Made by a program: the position numbers and the translations under genes. Below the pieces are notes generated by a model, which had not been told where the DNA came from, did no database searches, and was given only the letters and a program-made list of their open reading frames with translations. Below, in pieces: positions 28,122 through 35,891 of a stretch of 45,646 nucleotides of DNA. Positions within the stretch are counted from its first letter, which is position 1. The number at the start of each line of letters is the position of its first letter. The stretch comes from a virus (lineage: Duplodnaviria; Caudoviricetes): positions 1 to 45,646 of IMG/VR virus record IMGVR_UViG_3300019996_000009, one strand, 5' to 3'.

Positions 28122-29312
28122 GTGAATAGACACGCCGCACCCGATGACGACGCCCTGGTCCCCGCGACCGGGGCTCGTTTCCGTTTCAAGGCCCTGAGCC
28201 GCCGCGAGAAGGGCCTCGTCCTGGCCGTGGTCCTGTTGCTGCTGTTCGGCGGTGGCGGGTGGGCGTACGCCGCCGCCTCGGTGACGACCGCGACCGTCGA
28301 CTGCGACGCCGCCACGTCGGTGCCGAACTCCGACGGCACGGTGACCATCCCGATGCGGTGCCGGGTGACCGTCCCCGACGGCCCCACACCGACCCCCAGC
28401 GCCACACAGACGGCCTCACCGTCCCCGAGCGCTACGGCCTCGCCGTCGCCCACTGTCGCGCCCACGACGTCCACAGCGGTCCCGACGACGCCTCCAGCGA
28501 GCCCGTCGACGAGTTCGCCCACACCCAGCCCGACCACCACCGCCCCGGCGGGCTCGTGGCCGGACGCCAGCAACACCGGCCCGACCGGCCAGCTCGCGCT
28601 GCGGCCGTGCTCCAGCGCGATCACCCTCGGCGCCGGCGCGGTCCTGCAGAACGTCGCCATCACCGGCGGCTGCGACATCAACGTCACCGGCCGAGGCGTC
28701 GTCATCCGGAACATCTCGATGGCCGTGGCCAACAACGACGGCTGGGCCATCATCGTCCGCAACGGAGCCTCGGCCACCATCAGCGACGTCGAGATCTTCG
28801 GCCTGGACAAGACGAGCCGGTCCGTCCAGTACGCGGTCCTGGCCCAGGCCGACGCTACCGTCACCATCACCCGGGCCGACCTGCACCACTGCGCCGACTG
28901 CGTCCAGGGCGAGCACGTCACCCTCACCGACTCGTGGGTCCACGACCTGGCGAACATCGAGGGCGTGTCCCATGTGGACGGCTTCCAGTGCAACGGGAAC
29001 TGCAACGGCACGGTGATCCGGCACAACCGCATCGACATGACCGGCCTCGGCCAGACCGGGACGGTGTCCCTGTTCCAGGACTTCGGCGTCCCGTCGAACG
29101 TCGTGGTCGAGGCCAACTGGCTGTCGGGTGGCGGGTTCACGGTGTACGGGGGTGGCGGCAACACCTCGTCGCGCAAGGGCACGCCGACGAACATCCGCAT
29201 CACGAACAACCGGATCGACCCGGGCGTGCACGGCTGGCTGACCGAGTGGAACGGCGCCGGCGCGGGCAACGTCCTGTCGGGCAACTACACGTCGGCCGGG
29301 GCCGCGCTGTGA
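28122..29312 (+). CDS. Membrane-anchored/secreted right-handed beta-helix protein with Pro/Ser/Thr linker
   Basis: TM GLVLAVVLLLLFGGGGWAYA; PST linker; WPDASNTGP; HVDGFQ, IRHNRI, NWLSGGGFTVYGG. Confidence 0.75.
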   Translation: MNRHAAPDDDALVPATGARFRFKALSRREKGLVLAVVLLLLFGGGGWAYAAASVTTATVDCDAATSVPNSDGTVTIPMRCRVTVPDGPTPTPSATQTASPSPSATASPSPTVAPTTSTAVPTTPPASPSTSSPTPSPTTTAPAGSWPDASNTGPTGQLALRPCSSAITLGAGAVLQNVAITGGCDINVTGRGVVIRNISMAVANNDGWAIIVRNGASATISDVEIFGLDKTSRSVQYAVLAQADATVTITRADLHHCADCVQGEHVTLTDSWVHDLANIEGVSHVDGFQCNGNCNGTVIRHNRIDMTGLGQTGTVSLFQDFGVPSNVVVEANWLSGGGFTVYGGGGNTSSRKGTPTNIRITNNRIDPGVHGWLTEWNGAGAGNVLSGNYTSAGAAL

Positions 29313-29815
29313 CGGTCCAGATTGAGTTGTCCAAGGGGAAGGGCTTCGCCCTGGTCGACGATGAGGACGCCGCACTGGTGAGCCAGTACAAATGGTGGCT
29401 GCACGTCAGTCCGAGCCGCCGGAATCCGCTCCTGTATGCGCGGTGCTACGTGCCGGGGCGCAAAGACATGCCGATGATGCACCGACTTCTGACCGAGTGG
29501 AAGCTCGTCGACCACATCAACGGCGACGGGCTAGACAATCGGCGGGAGAACCTGCGAGAGGCCACCCAAGCGCAGAACGTTGCCAACCGCCGGAAGTTCG
29601 CCTTGTCGAGCTCGCGGTTCAAGGGCGTACACCTTGGCGGGCGGAAGAAGAACCGGTGGATCGCCAAGTGCCACCAGGTTCAGATCGGAGCGTTCGACAC
29701 CGAGATCGAGGCTGCTCTCGCCTACGACGCAGCGGCCCGCGAGTTCTACGGCGAGTTCGCTGCGCTGAACTTCCCCGCCCCGGGCGAGAACGGCGCGTTG
29801 GTCACCGCGGCATAG
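29309..29815 (+). CDS. HNH-AP2 homing endonuclease
   Basis: ALVDDED, MHRLL, VDHINGDGLDNRRENLR, SRFKGV, EAALAYDAAAREFYGEFAALNF. Confidence 0.92.
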   Translation: MTVQIELSKGKGFALVDDEDAALVSQYKWWLHVSPSRRNPLLYARCYVPGRKDMPMMHRLLTEWKLVDHINGDGLDNRRENLREATQAQNVANRRKFALSSSRFKGVHLGGRKKNRWIAKCHQVQIGAFDTEIEAALAYDAAAREFYGEFAALNFPAPGENGALVTAA

Positions 29816-29846
29816 CCACAACGTCCTCATAACTCGGCCATAACTC

Positions 29847-29890
29847 GGCCCGGTCACGCTCCCTTGTGGAGTGTGGCCGGGCCACTTTTT
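29847..29890 (+). terminator. Intrinsic terminator of the late operon
   Basis: 16-bp stem GGCCCGGTCACGCTCC/GGAGTGTGGCCGGGCC followed by ACTTTTT. Confidence 0.75.
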
Positions 29891-29957
29891 GGCGTGGGGT
29901 CAAAAGTCCGCGCAGGTAGAGGGTCCCTTTTGACACTCCACATTGGACAGAGGTCAC

Positions 29958-30008
29958 AAAAAAATGGACCCGCCTCGCGCATCCGGCTGGAATGCGCGAG
30001 GCGGGTCC
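29958..30008 (-). terminator. Intrinsic terminator of the leftward module
   Basis: 17-bp perfect stem GGACCCGCCTCGCGCAT/ATGCGCGAGGCGGGTCC with 7-U tract on the minus strand. Confidence 0.8.
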
Positions 30009-30056
30009 GTCTTCACCGTACTCTGCCGGCCAGCCGGACCGTCAGGTCCGACTGAG

Positions 30057-30656
30057 CTAGGCGTTCACCTTGCGGCGACGCTGCGCCGTGCTCTTCGAAA
30101 CCGGCTCGCCAGTTTCGACCTTGACCACCTCACCAGAGGGCCTAATCTCGGTGTCGATGGGGGGGCGTCCGATCCGCACCTGGGCGGGGGACACCGGAGC
30201 ATCCGGGTAGTTCGGCTGCGCCAGCTCGGCCACCGTCTCCGGGGCCTGCTGGGTTTCGACCGGGCGGTTACGCCCCGGCCGGGCCACGATCTCAATGGCC
30301 CAAAGCAACAGGATCGGGGCGAGCCCCGAGATCCCAATTGCGAGCGGCTCCCAGCCGTGCTCCACGACCACTGCCGCCACGTTGCACGCGACCGAAACGG
30401 CCGCGCCAAACCAGAAACCGCTACGAGCCCAACCACGTGGGAGTCGGTTGGCCGCCTTGTCTTCGGCCATCGCCAGGGTCGCGATGAGCATCATGCCGTC
30501 GATCGAAAGCGGAATGAGGTGGGCGACCAGGGTGCCCTGGTGCCCGTACACAGCCACGTCCCTGATGTGGCTGTAGCTCACTACTGCGGCGACGCCGGCC
30601 ACCAGCACGAAGCTGAGAGCATATGCAAGCCGACGCCAGAAGGTTGGACTGGACAT
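30057..30656 (-). CDS. DUF2637-like (SpdA-like) membrane protein
   Basis: AAVVSYSHIRDVA, IPLSIDGM, VSVACNV; four TM segments; SD GGAGG. Confidence 0.75.
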   Translation of the reverse strand: MSSPTFWRRLAYALSFVLVAGVAAVVSYSHIRDVAVYGHQGTLVAHLIPLSIDGMMLIATLAMAEDKAANRLPRGWARSGFWFGAAVSVACNVAAVVVEHGWEPLAIGISGLAPILLLWAIEIVARPGRNRPVETQQAPETVAELAQPNYPDAPVSPAQVRIGRPPIDTEIRPSGEVVKVETGEPVSKSTAQRRRKVNA

Positions 30657-30934
30657 AACCCCTCCCAGGGGGGTCGCAGACGCACGGTGCGCCTGGCCCC
30701 CGCGGCCGGCGCTGCAGTCGTGCGTGCGAGGAGAGAAGGTGCCGGGGATGCCGCCCCGGCGCGCGACCTGTAGCTGGCCCTGCTGCGCCCGATTCCCGCG
30801 GCTGCTCCGTTCTCCGGCTTCGGCGGAATCCCTAGCCCTCGTGACGCTGTGAGGCCCTTGCGTCGGCTTTACGCCCCGAGGGCGGCATTGCTGCGTGCGC
30901 GGCGGCCGATCTGTGAGCGCACCGCCGCGCTGGA

Positions 30935-31138
30935 TCAGAAGTTCCGGTCGAAGGCTTCGCGGACGTGCGTCGCTGCCTCTTCGCGGTACTCGGCTGAGTC
31001 GCTGGGCCAGCCCTCCTCCTCGGTGAAGTACTCGATGATCGCGTCGCGGGTCTCCATGCGGATCTCCTCTTCGATCTCATCGCGCACCTCCCGGCGGATC
31101 TGGGCGAGCAGGTCAGCGAAGGCCTTGTCTGAGTCCAT
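30935..31138 (-). CDS. Small acidic hypothetical protein
   Basis: ATG with SD GAGGGAG; MDSDKAFADLL..., 67 aa. Confidence 0.65.
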   Translation of the reverse strand: MDSDKAFADLLAQIRREVRDEIEEEIRMETRDAIIEYFTEEEGWPSDSAEYREEAATHVREAFDRNF

Positions 31139-31219
31139 GTCCGTCTCCCTCGGACTGGCCCGGTGGATCCGGGCGGGAGCGCCCGGCAGGCCCACGATGA
31201 GGTGCCTGCCGGGCTCGGT

Positions 31220-31387
31220 TCACTTGCTGTAGGTGTGGACCAGTTCCCCGTCCGCGTCGTACTCCTCGCCGGTTGGCTCGGGGTCGTACTCGACGCCCGC
31301 CATGAGGCAGGGCTTGTCGAGGTCCCAACCCATCCCGCAGGCGTCGCAGAACGGCTTGCCCATCACCGTGATCAGCTTGTGTCCCAT
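31220..31387 (-). CDS. Small Cys-containing acidic protein
   Basis: SD GGAGGAG; MGHKL...CDAC...C, 55 aa. Confidence 0.65.
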   Translation of the reverse strand: MGHKLITVMGKPFCDACGMGWDLDKPCLMAGVEYDPEPTGEEYDADGELVHTYSK

Positions 31388-31620
31388 ATCGGGTCTCCTC
31401 CCGACTTCCCCGGTCCCTTTTGGACCGGGCTGGTGGACCTCGCCGGCATGACGCCGGCCCTTGCGTCGAGCGCATCGCTCGGAAGTCCTTGCCCGGGCGC
31501 CGGTCGCGTCTTGCGCGGTGTCGTCTGCCTCGGGCTGAAAAACCACACGCTGGTGGCTTGTTTCCCGATAGCCCTCCTGCTGCCCTCGCGGGTCCCGGTT
31601 TCTGGCTAGTGGTAGGTGCT

Positions 31621-31647
31621 CTGTAGTTTTCAAGATCCGATTTCCGG
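31621..31647 (-). promoter_or_regulatory. boxB-like hairpin plus boxA-like antitermination element
   Basis: Minus strand CCG-GAAAT-CGG followed by ATCTTGAAAACTACAG; -10-like TATAGT at 31674-31679. Confidence 0.55.
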
Positions 31648-31772
31648 GCTCCCCGTTCTGCCCTTCTCCCCTAACTATACACGGTAACGTGTGAAGTAAC
31701 CAGGAGACTACCCACTCTGGAGTGTCAAGTTGCTGACACTTCAACGTGTGAGGTTGGCCGTAGCCTTGACGG

Positions 31773-31976
31773 ATGGCCGAGACGAAGCTCTACCGGGCCG
31801 ACCTGGCCGATCTGATCGGCGTCAAGGTCGACTCGCTCAACAAGCTCAAGCTGCCCGACCGCGACGGCACTGACATCGAGCGGGGCAAGGCCCGGCCGTA
31901 CTGGCTCCTCAGCACGGCGAAGGAATGGGCAGCGAACCGCCCCGGCCGCGGCGCTCGCACCGACCTGCGAACGTGA
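31773..31976 (+). CDS. Small AlpA/Xis-like HTH DNA-binding protein
   Basis: ADLADLIGVKVDSL...W...EWAANRPGRGARTDL; leaderless (-10 TAGCCT 6 nt upstream). Confidence 0.75.
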   Translation: MAETKLYRADLADLIGVKVDSLNKLKLPDRDGTDIERGKARPYWLLSTAKEWAANRPGRGARTDLRT

Positions 31977-32161
31977 AAGCCGTCCGCTTCGCGGCCGCCA
32001 TAGCGGCATCGACCGCGCTATCGGTGCCGGCCTGGTCGTTCATGGGAACGGCACGGGTGCTGATCGCAGTGTGCTGCGTGGCCGTGATCGTCTGGGAGAC
32101 CACCGCAGGTGACCTGTGGCCGGTTCGCCTTACGGCCCCGTCACCCGATCGCCCTCGCTGA
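31973..32161 (+). CDS. Small membrane protein
   Basis: GTGA overlap; two hydrophobic segments; overlaps 3' end of the opposite-strand ORF. Confidence 0.4.
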   Translation: MKAVRFAAAIAASTALSVPAWSFMGTARVLIAVCCVAVIVWETTAGDLWPVRLTAPSPDRPR

Positions 32162-32330
32162 GCATCTGCACGGCGATCGGCCACCACGTTGCCATCCGCA
32201 GGCATCGCCGCTGGCCTGGCTCGGTAGGACACTCGGGGCAACGCCCGCCGTTGGCGTGATCGTCGCGGACCTGGCGTGCGATCCGCCGCTGGCTGGTCGG
32301 GATGGGCTGCTCGAATGGGACGTCGCTCAC
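32130..32330 (-). CDS. Small His/Cys putative Zn-binding protein divergent from GntR
   Basis: SD GAGGAG; H...CPEC...C. Confidence 0.6.
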   Translation of the reverse strand: MSDVPFEQPIPTSQRRIARQVRDDHANGGRCPECPTEPGQRRCLRMATWWPIAVQMLSEGDRVTGP

Positions 32331-32521
32331 GGTGGACTCCTCGCCGGGGTGGATTGGGAGGCCCCCGACAGCGCGGGAGTCAGGTCACCGCGCCGCCGGG
32401 GGTTGCGCTAGGCCCTGCAGGGTGGGCCTGGGGTGGCCGGTCGCGAACCCTCGCCCCGGAGGGCGACCCCGCGACCGGCCTGGGCGAACCACCAGTGCCA
32501 ACCAGGGGCTGCCCATTGCCG

Positions 32522-32550
32522 AAGCTAGTGCACTATGTGAACATAGTCAA
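32522..32550 (-). promoter_or_regulatory. SigA-type promoter overlapped by palindromes (putative GntR operators)
   Basis: TTGACT-17 nt-TAGCTT; palindromes TAGTGCACTA and ACTATGT-ga-ACATAGT. Confidence 0.6.
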
Positions 32551-32614
32551 CGTTGGTCTTGGAGATGGGGAGGTGTGCGTGATCAGATTGGCGGGCCAGC
32601 CAGGGAGTTCTGAC

Positions 32615-32839
32615 ATGCCCGTGCCCATGACCAACGCCCAGATCGCCAACGACCTCGCCGACCGGATCCGCCGAGGTGAATATCCGCCTGGGTCCCAGTT
32701 GCCGACGTACGCCGAGTTGGCCGACATGTACTCGGTCTCCATCTCGACGATCCAACGTGCGCTGGAGCGGCTCAAGGAGCGCGGCCTGATCTACGGGTCG
32801 CAGGGCCGGGGCTTGTTCGTGGCCGACCCGGTCACGTAG
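32615..32839 (+). CDS. Stand-alone GntR-family winged HTH regulator
   Basis: QIANDLADRIRRGEYPPGSQLPT..ELADMYSVS..TIQRAL..L...GLI....GRGLFV. Confidence 0.92.
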   Translation: MPVPMTNAQIANDLADRIRRGEYPPGSQLPTYAELADMYSVSISTIQRALERLKERGLIYGSQGRGLFVADPVT

Positions 32840-32890
32840 TGCACAAAGCGCACTAGCCGATCGGCCGGACCAGGTCTAGACGTATAGACC

Positions 32891-32923
32891 GAGCCCCCGG
32901 CTTACAGTGGTAGCCGGGGGCTC
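32891..32923. terminator. Hairpin between convergent gntR and int genes
   Basis: 12-bp perfect stem GAGCCCCCGGCT/AGCCGGGGGCTC. Confidence 0.65.
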
Positions 32924-32940
32924 GTGCCTGTAACAATGTG

Positions 32941-33774
32941 CTACGCGGCTTGGCTCTTCAGGGGGCTGGTTGCAGGGGCGGGCAGCGTGCTGATGGCAAT
33001 CGAGCGCTGCTCGCTCACTACTAGGGTGTAGCCCTGAGTGCTGATGATCGATTTATGTCGCAGCAGCTCCTGGACGGTCCGCAGGTCGGCGCCGTTGGCG
33101 AGGAGCGTCGTGCCGTACCAGTGCCTGAATCGGTGCATGTGCACGTCAGGCATTCCGATGCGCCGCCAGTGCCGGTGTTGGTAGTTCGACAGCAGCCGCC
33201 CGGTGGCGGGCTTGCCGTTGGCGCCCCGGACCAGAGTCCCCGTGAGGCGGTCCTTCACCTGATCCCACACGAGTGGATGCATCGGCACGTACGCGTCTCT
33301 GCCGCCCTTGCCGGCCCGGATGGTGATGCGCTCCGGGGAGCAGTCCTCGCGGCGTAATCGGCACATCTCACTGACCCGCAGTCCGGCGTAGGCGGCGAGG
33401 TAGACGGCCAGGCGCCACGGCTGGTCGGGGGACTTGTCGATGGCGCGGGCGAGTTGGTCGTCGGTGACGGGGTGGGGGAGTGAGTTCCCGGCCGGAGGGC
33501 GGCGGAGCCGGTCCATCGGGTTGATGTCCAGCTCGTCGTTGAGGACGCACCAGTCGTAGAAGCGGTGCAGGTGGCTCCAGTAGGTGCTTCTCGTCCAGGC
33601 GGACCAGTCGGGGTGGGCGAGGTAGTCGGCGAGTTCGTCGGGGTGGGCTTCGTCGAGCCCGTACGGAAGGTAGTCGTCAGCGTGGTCGAGAAGACGCTCA
33701 GCGCTGTCGACGGTGACTGTGCTGTAGCCACCGGCGCGTAAGTACGCGAGGTGGACGTGAACGAGTTCACTCAT
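32941..33774 (-). CDS. int: Short tyrosine recombinase/integrase (XerC/D-like, no arm-binding domain; alternative start 33819)
   Basis: AGLRVSE, GKGG, HRFRH, LLRH, TQGY catalytic set; ends KSQAA. Confidence 0.9.
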   Translation of the reverse strand: MSELVHVHLAYLRAGGYSTVTVDSAERLLDHADDYLPYGLDEAHPDELADYLAHPDWSAWTRSTYWSHLHRFYDWCVLNDELDINPMDRLRRPPAGNSLPHPVTDDQLARAIDKSPDQPWRLAVYLAAYAGLRVSEMCRLRREDCSPERITIRAGKGGRDAYVPMHPLVWDQVKDRLTGTLVRGANGKPATGRLLSNYQHRHWRRIGMPDVHMHRFRHWYGTTLLANGADLRTVQELLRHKSIISTQGYTLVVSEQRSIAISTLPAPATSPLKSQAA

Positions 33775-33853
33775 CGTGTGATCGTGCTCACGCGTAACGC
33801 TGGTGTCATCCCCTGCCACCAGGGATTTAACCGTTCACCCGACCAGACTGTAG

Positions 33854-34240
33854 TCATACGGCTACCGCTGCTTCGGCAAATGTCCGACCAATCCGGCGGG
33901 GCCGTCCGTCGCGCGGGGCCCGCGAGTCAGGGCGTCCCGAGGGGCGGGAATCGCGCGGCCGGCGAGGGGCCGGGACCTGCGCTGTTGCGTACCGCAGAGT
34001 AATGGCGCTGGTGGCTGCGCGCACTAGGTCAACGGCGTCAACTTCGAGCACACCGGCGATGCGCTCAAGATCGGTTAGGTCGATGGCCTGCTGTCCGTTG
34101 AGTCGGTAAGACACCCACGCTGCGGAAACGCCCAGCTCCTCGGCGAGCTTGGCTCCCTTGACGCCGCGCCGGAGCATCAGGACCCGGATCTCTTCCGCCA
34201 CGCGCTGGGTCAGTGGCTTAGCCGTTACATCGATAGGCAT
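33854..34240 (-). CDS. Immunity repressor (XRE HTH)
   Basis: AKLAEELGVSAAWVSYRLNG; divergent from cro-like gene; leaderless start. Confidence 0.85.
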   Translation of the reverse strand: MPIDVTAKPLTQRVAEEIRVLMLRRGVKGAKLAEELGVSAAWVSYRLNGQQAIDLTDLERIAGVLEVDAVDLVRAATSAITLRYATAQVPAPRRPRDSRPSGRPDSRAPRDGRPRRIGRTFAEAAVAV

Positions 34241-34244
34241 GCCC

Positions 34245-34338
34245 CATAGCGTATGCGCTGACCGCATAAACGCAAGCCCCCGTGGAACTTCTCACGTCCA
34301 AGCTTGACGGCTTACGCTATGCCGAATATCGTTCCGGC
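34245..34338. promoter_or_regulatory. Divergent repressor/cro promoters and operator
   Basis: + TTGACG(34304)-17 nt-TATCGT, then ATG 34339; - TTGCGT-16 nt-TACGCT; palindrome TATGCG-ctgac-CGCATA (34252-34268). Confidence 0.75.
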
Positions 34339-34608
34339 ATGGCTACGGCACTTGGACGACGGATCGCCGATGAATTGCGGTCCTACCTGGCGCAGCAGGA
34401 CATCACCCAACAGGAGTTGGCCGACCGTCTCGGCAAGAGGCAGTACTGGGTGTCCCGGCGACTGACGCACCAGGCGGCCATCGCGGCCGACGAACTCGTC
34501 GTCATCGCGAGCGCCCTCGGCCAACCCGTGACGCGGTTCATCCCGGACGACGTCGACATCGCCGAGCCGGTCGGACGAGCCCGCCGCCGAACCGGTGTCG
34601 CTGCGTGA
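34339..34608 (+). CDS. Cro-like XRE HTH protein
   Basis: ITQQELADRLGKRQYWVSRRL; first gene of the rightward early operon; ends GVAA. Confidence 0.85.
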   Translation: MATALGRRIADELRSYLAQQDITQQELADRLGKRQYWVSRRLTHQAAIAADELVVIASALGQPVTRFIPDDVDIAEPVGRARRRTGVAA

Positions 34609-34691
34609 GTCAGCCCCGCCCCCGGCCCGGCCCCAAGCCCGGCGGCCCCACCCACCCCAGCCCTACGCACCCGCCAAGGAGCGACGCATGA
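34605..34691 (+). CDS. 28-aa proline-rich peptide
   Basis: GTGA overlap with cro stop; MSQPRPRPGPKPGGPTHPSPTHPPRSDA. Confidence 0.45.
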   Translation: MSQPRPRPGPKPGGPTHPSPTHPPRSDA

Positions 34692-34771
34692 CCGGCCCCA
34701 AGCCCCCACCCGGCAGCCCTCACCCCGACGCCCCGCCGGTCGGCACCCCGAAGCCGGGCAAGGCCGCCTGA
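34688..34771 (+). CDS. 27-aa proline-rich peptide
   Basis: SD AAGGAG, ATGA overlap; MTGPKPPPGSPHPDAPPVGTPKPGKAA. Confidence 0.5.
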   Translation: MTGPKPPPGSPHPDAPPVGTPKPGKAA

Positions 34772-34924
34772 CCCCCACCGCGCTGCCGCCGGCCACACCG
34801 GCGCGCGCACCCGGGGCGGCCGCCAGGAACCAGGGGTGGACCTGGCGGCCGCTCCACCTAAGCCCAGACAAGGAAAAGGCCCCCGTGTCAGCGGGGGCCG
34901 CGATCAACGAGAAAGGACCTCTCG

Positions 34925-35215
34925 ATGACCACCACGAATCTTACAGTCGCCACCCGGCGGATGCTCTGGTTCCAGCTGCACGACCTGATCCTGGACCGGT
35001 CCCTGCCGGTGCCGGCCGGGCTCAACCTGTACGCGGGCAACCACATAGTGGCCCTGTCCTTCGACTCGTCCGGCGACATCAAGCGCTGGGCGGCATCGCT
35101 GGGCTTGCACCAGCACGACCCCGACCACCAATTCGGCGGCGCCACGGCGCTGTACTTCGGCGATCTTGCTGGGTGGAGTGTCCACGCCCACGGTCCGCGC
35201 GACGGTGCGTCATGA
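34925..35215 (+). CDS. Hypothetical protein
   Basis: SD GAAAGGA; start of a coupled gene chain. Confidence 0.7.
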   Translation: MTTTNLTVATRRMLWFQLHDLILDRSLPVPAGLNLYAGNHIVALSFDSSGDIKRWAASLGLHQHDPDHQFGGATALYFGDLAGWSVHAHGPRDGAS

Positions 35216-35472
35216 CCGCCCCGGCACGCGAAGCCTGGGAGCTCGTCTGCGGCTGCTCCGGCACCCACATCGACGGCTGCATCCTCGGTGAGGCCGAGGC
35301 GATCGCGCTCGCCGCCGCCGCTGCGACCGGCGACGGCCGGCACCAACTCATCGCCGCCCTGGAGGGGCTGCTGGCCGCCGGCCTGCTCGTCAACGACGAC
35401 ATCGAGGAGCCGGTCATCGACGGCCTGCTCGACATGCTGTTCGAGTTCGGGCTCCTCGGGAGGAAGGCATGA
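35212..35472 (+). CDS. Hypothetical protein
   Basis: ATGA coupling at both ends; CGC...H..GC. Confidence 0.65.
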   Translation: MTAPAREAWELVCGCSGTHIDGCILGEAEAIALAAAAATGDGRHQLIAALEGLLAAGLLVNDDIEEPVIDGLLDMLFEFGLLGRKA

Positions 35473-35891
35473 GCAAGCCGCCACCGGACCAGGACCCGAT
35501 CCGGGCCCAGATGCGCGCCGCCCGCCGGTCGGCCGGCCTGTCCCTCGCCGACGTCGAGTTCAAGCACGGCCTCAATGCTGTGCGTGTCGGGTCGTGGGAG
35601 CGGGGCGACCGGAACCCGGGCAGCATCGCCCACCTCCGCCACTGGGTCGAGGCTCTCGGCCGGCAGCTCGTCGTCCTGGAGCCCGACCAGTACGTCGTGT
35701 CCACGAAGGACGCGGACGAGGCCGGCCGGACCTTGCAGTGGGTCGTCTCCTACGGCCCGGACCACGACGGGCTCATCAACTGCGCCAGCGAGGAAGAGGC
35801 CAGGACCATCGCCGCCCGGATGCCGTTCGCCCGGGTCGGTCGCCGGGTCGTCAGCCGCAGCCCGGTCGAGTACGAGGACGGTGCCGTATGA
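35469..35891 (+). CDS. XRE-family HTH protein
   Basis: MRAARRSAGLSLADV...VGSWERGDRNP. Confidence 0.8.
   Translation: MSKPPPDQDPIRAQMRAARRSAGLSLADVEFKHGLNAVRVGSWERGDRNPGSIAHLRHWVEALGRQLVVLEPDQYVVSTKDADEAGRTLQWVVSYGPDHDGLINCASEEEARTIAARMPFARVGRRVVSRSPVEYEDGAV

Noticed and set aside
1399-29375. Many long overlapping or antisense ORFs (e.g. 2936..4576-, 5226..6785-, 9726..11108+, 20088..22145-, 28103..29284-)
   Set aside because: Shadow frames expected in roughly 70% GC DNA; they overlap well-supported genes and have no recognisable motifs
29828-29849. Tandem 11-bp repeat CATAACTCGGC x2
   Set aside because: Only two copies, between the HNH-AP2 gene and the terminator; most simply a local duplication
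31718-31740. Possible dif site for Xer-mediated integration
   Set aside because: Shares only TGTCAAGT with the actinobacterial dif XerD arm; better explained as a palindromic operator or -35 box
31220-31744. 174-aa minus-strand ORF spanning the structured leader
   Set aside because: Runs through promoter, boxA and hairpin elements; only the last 55 codons have a strong SD and protein-like composition
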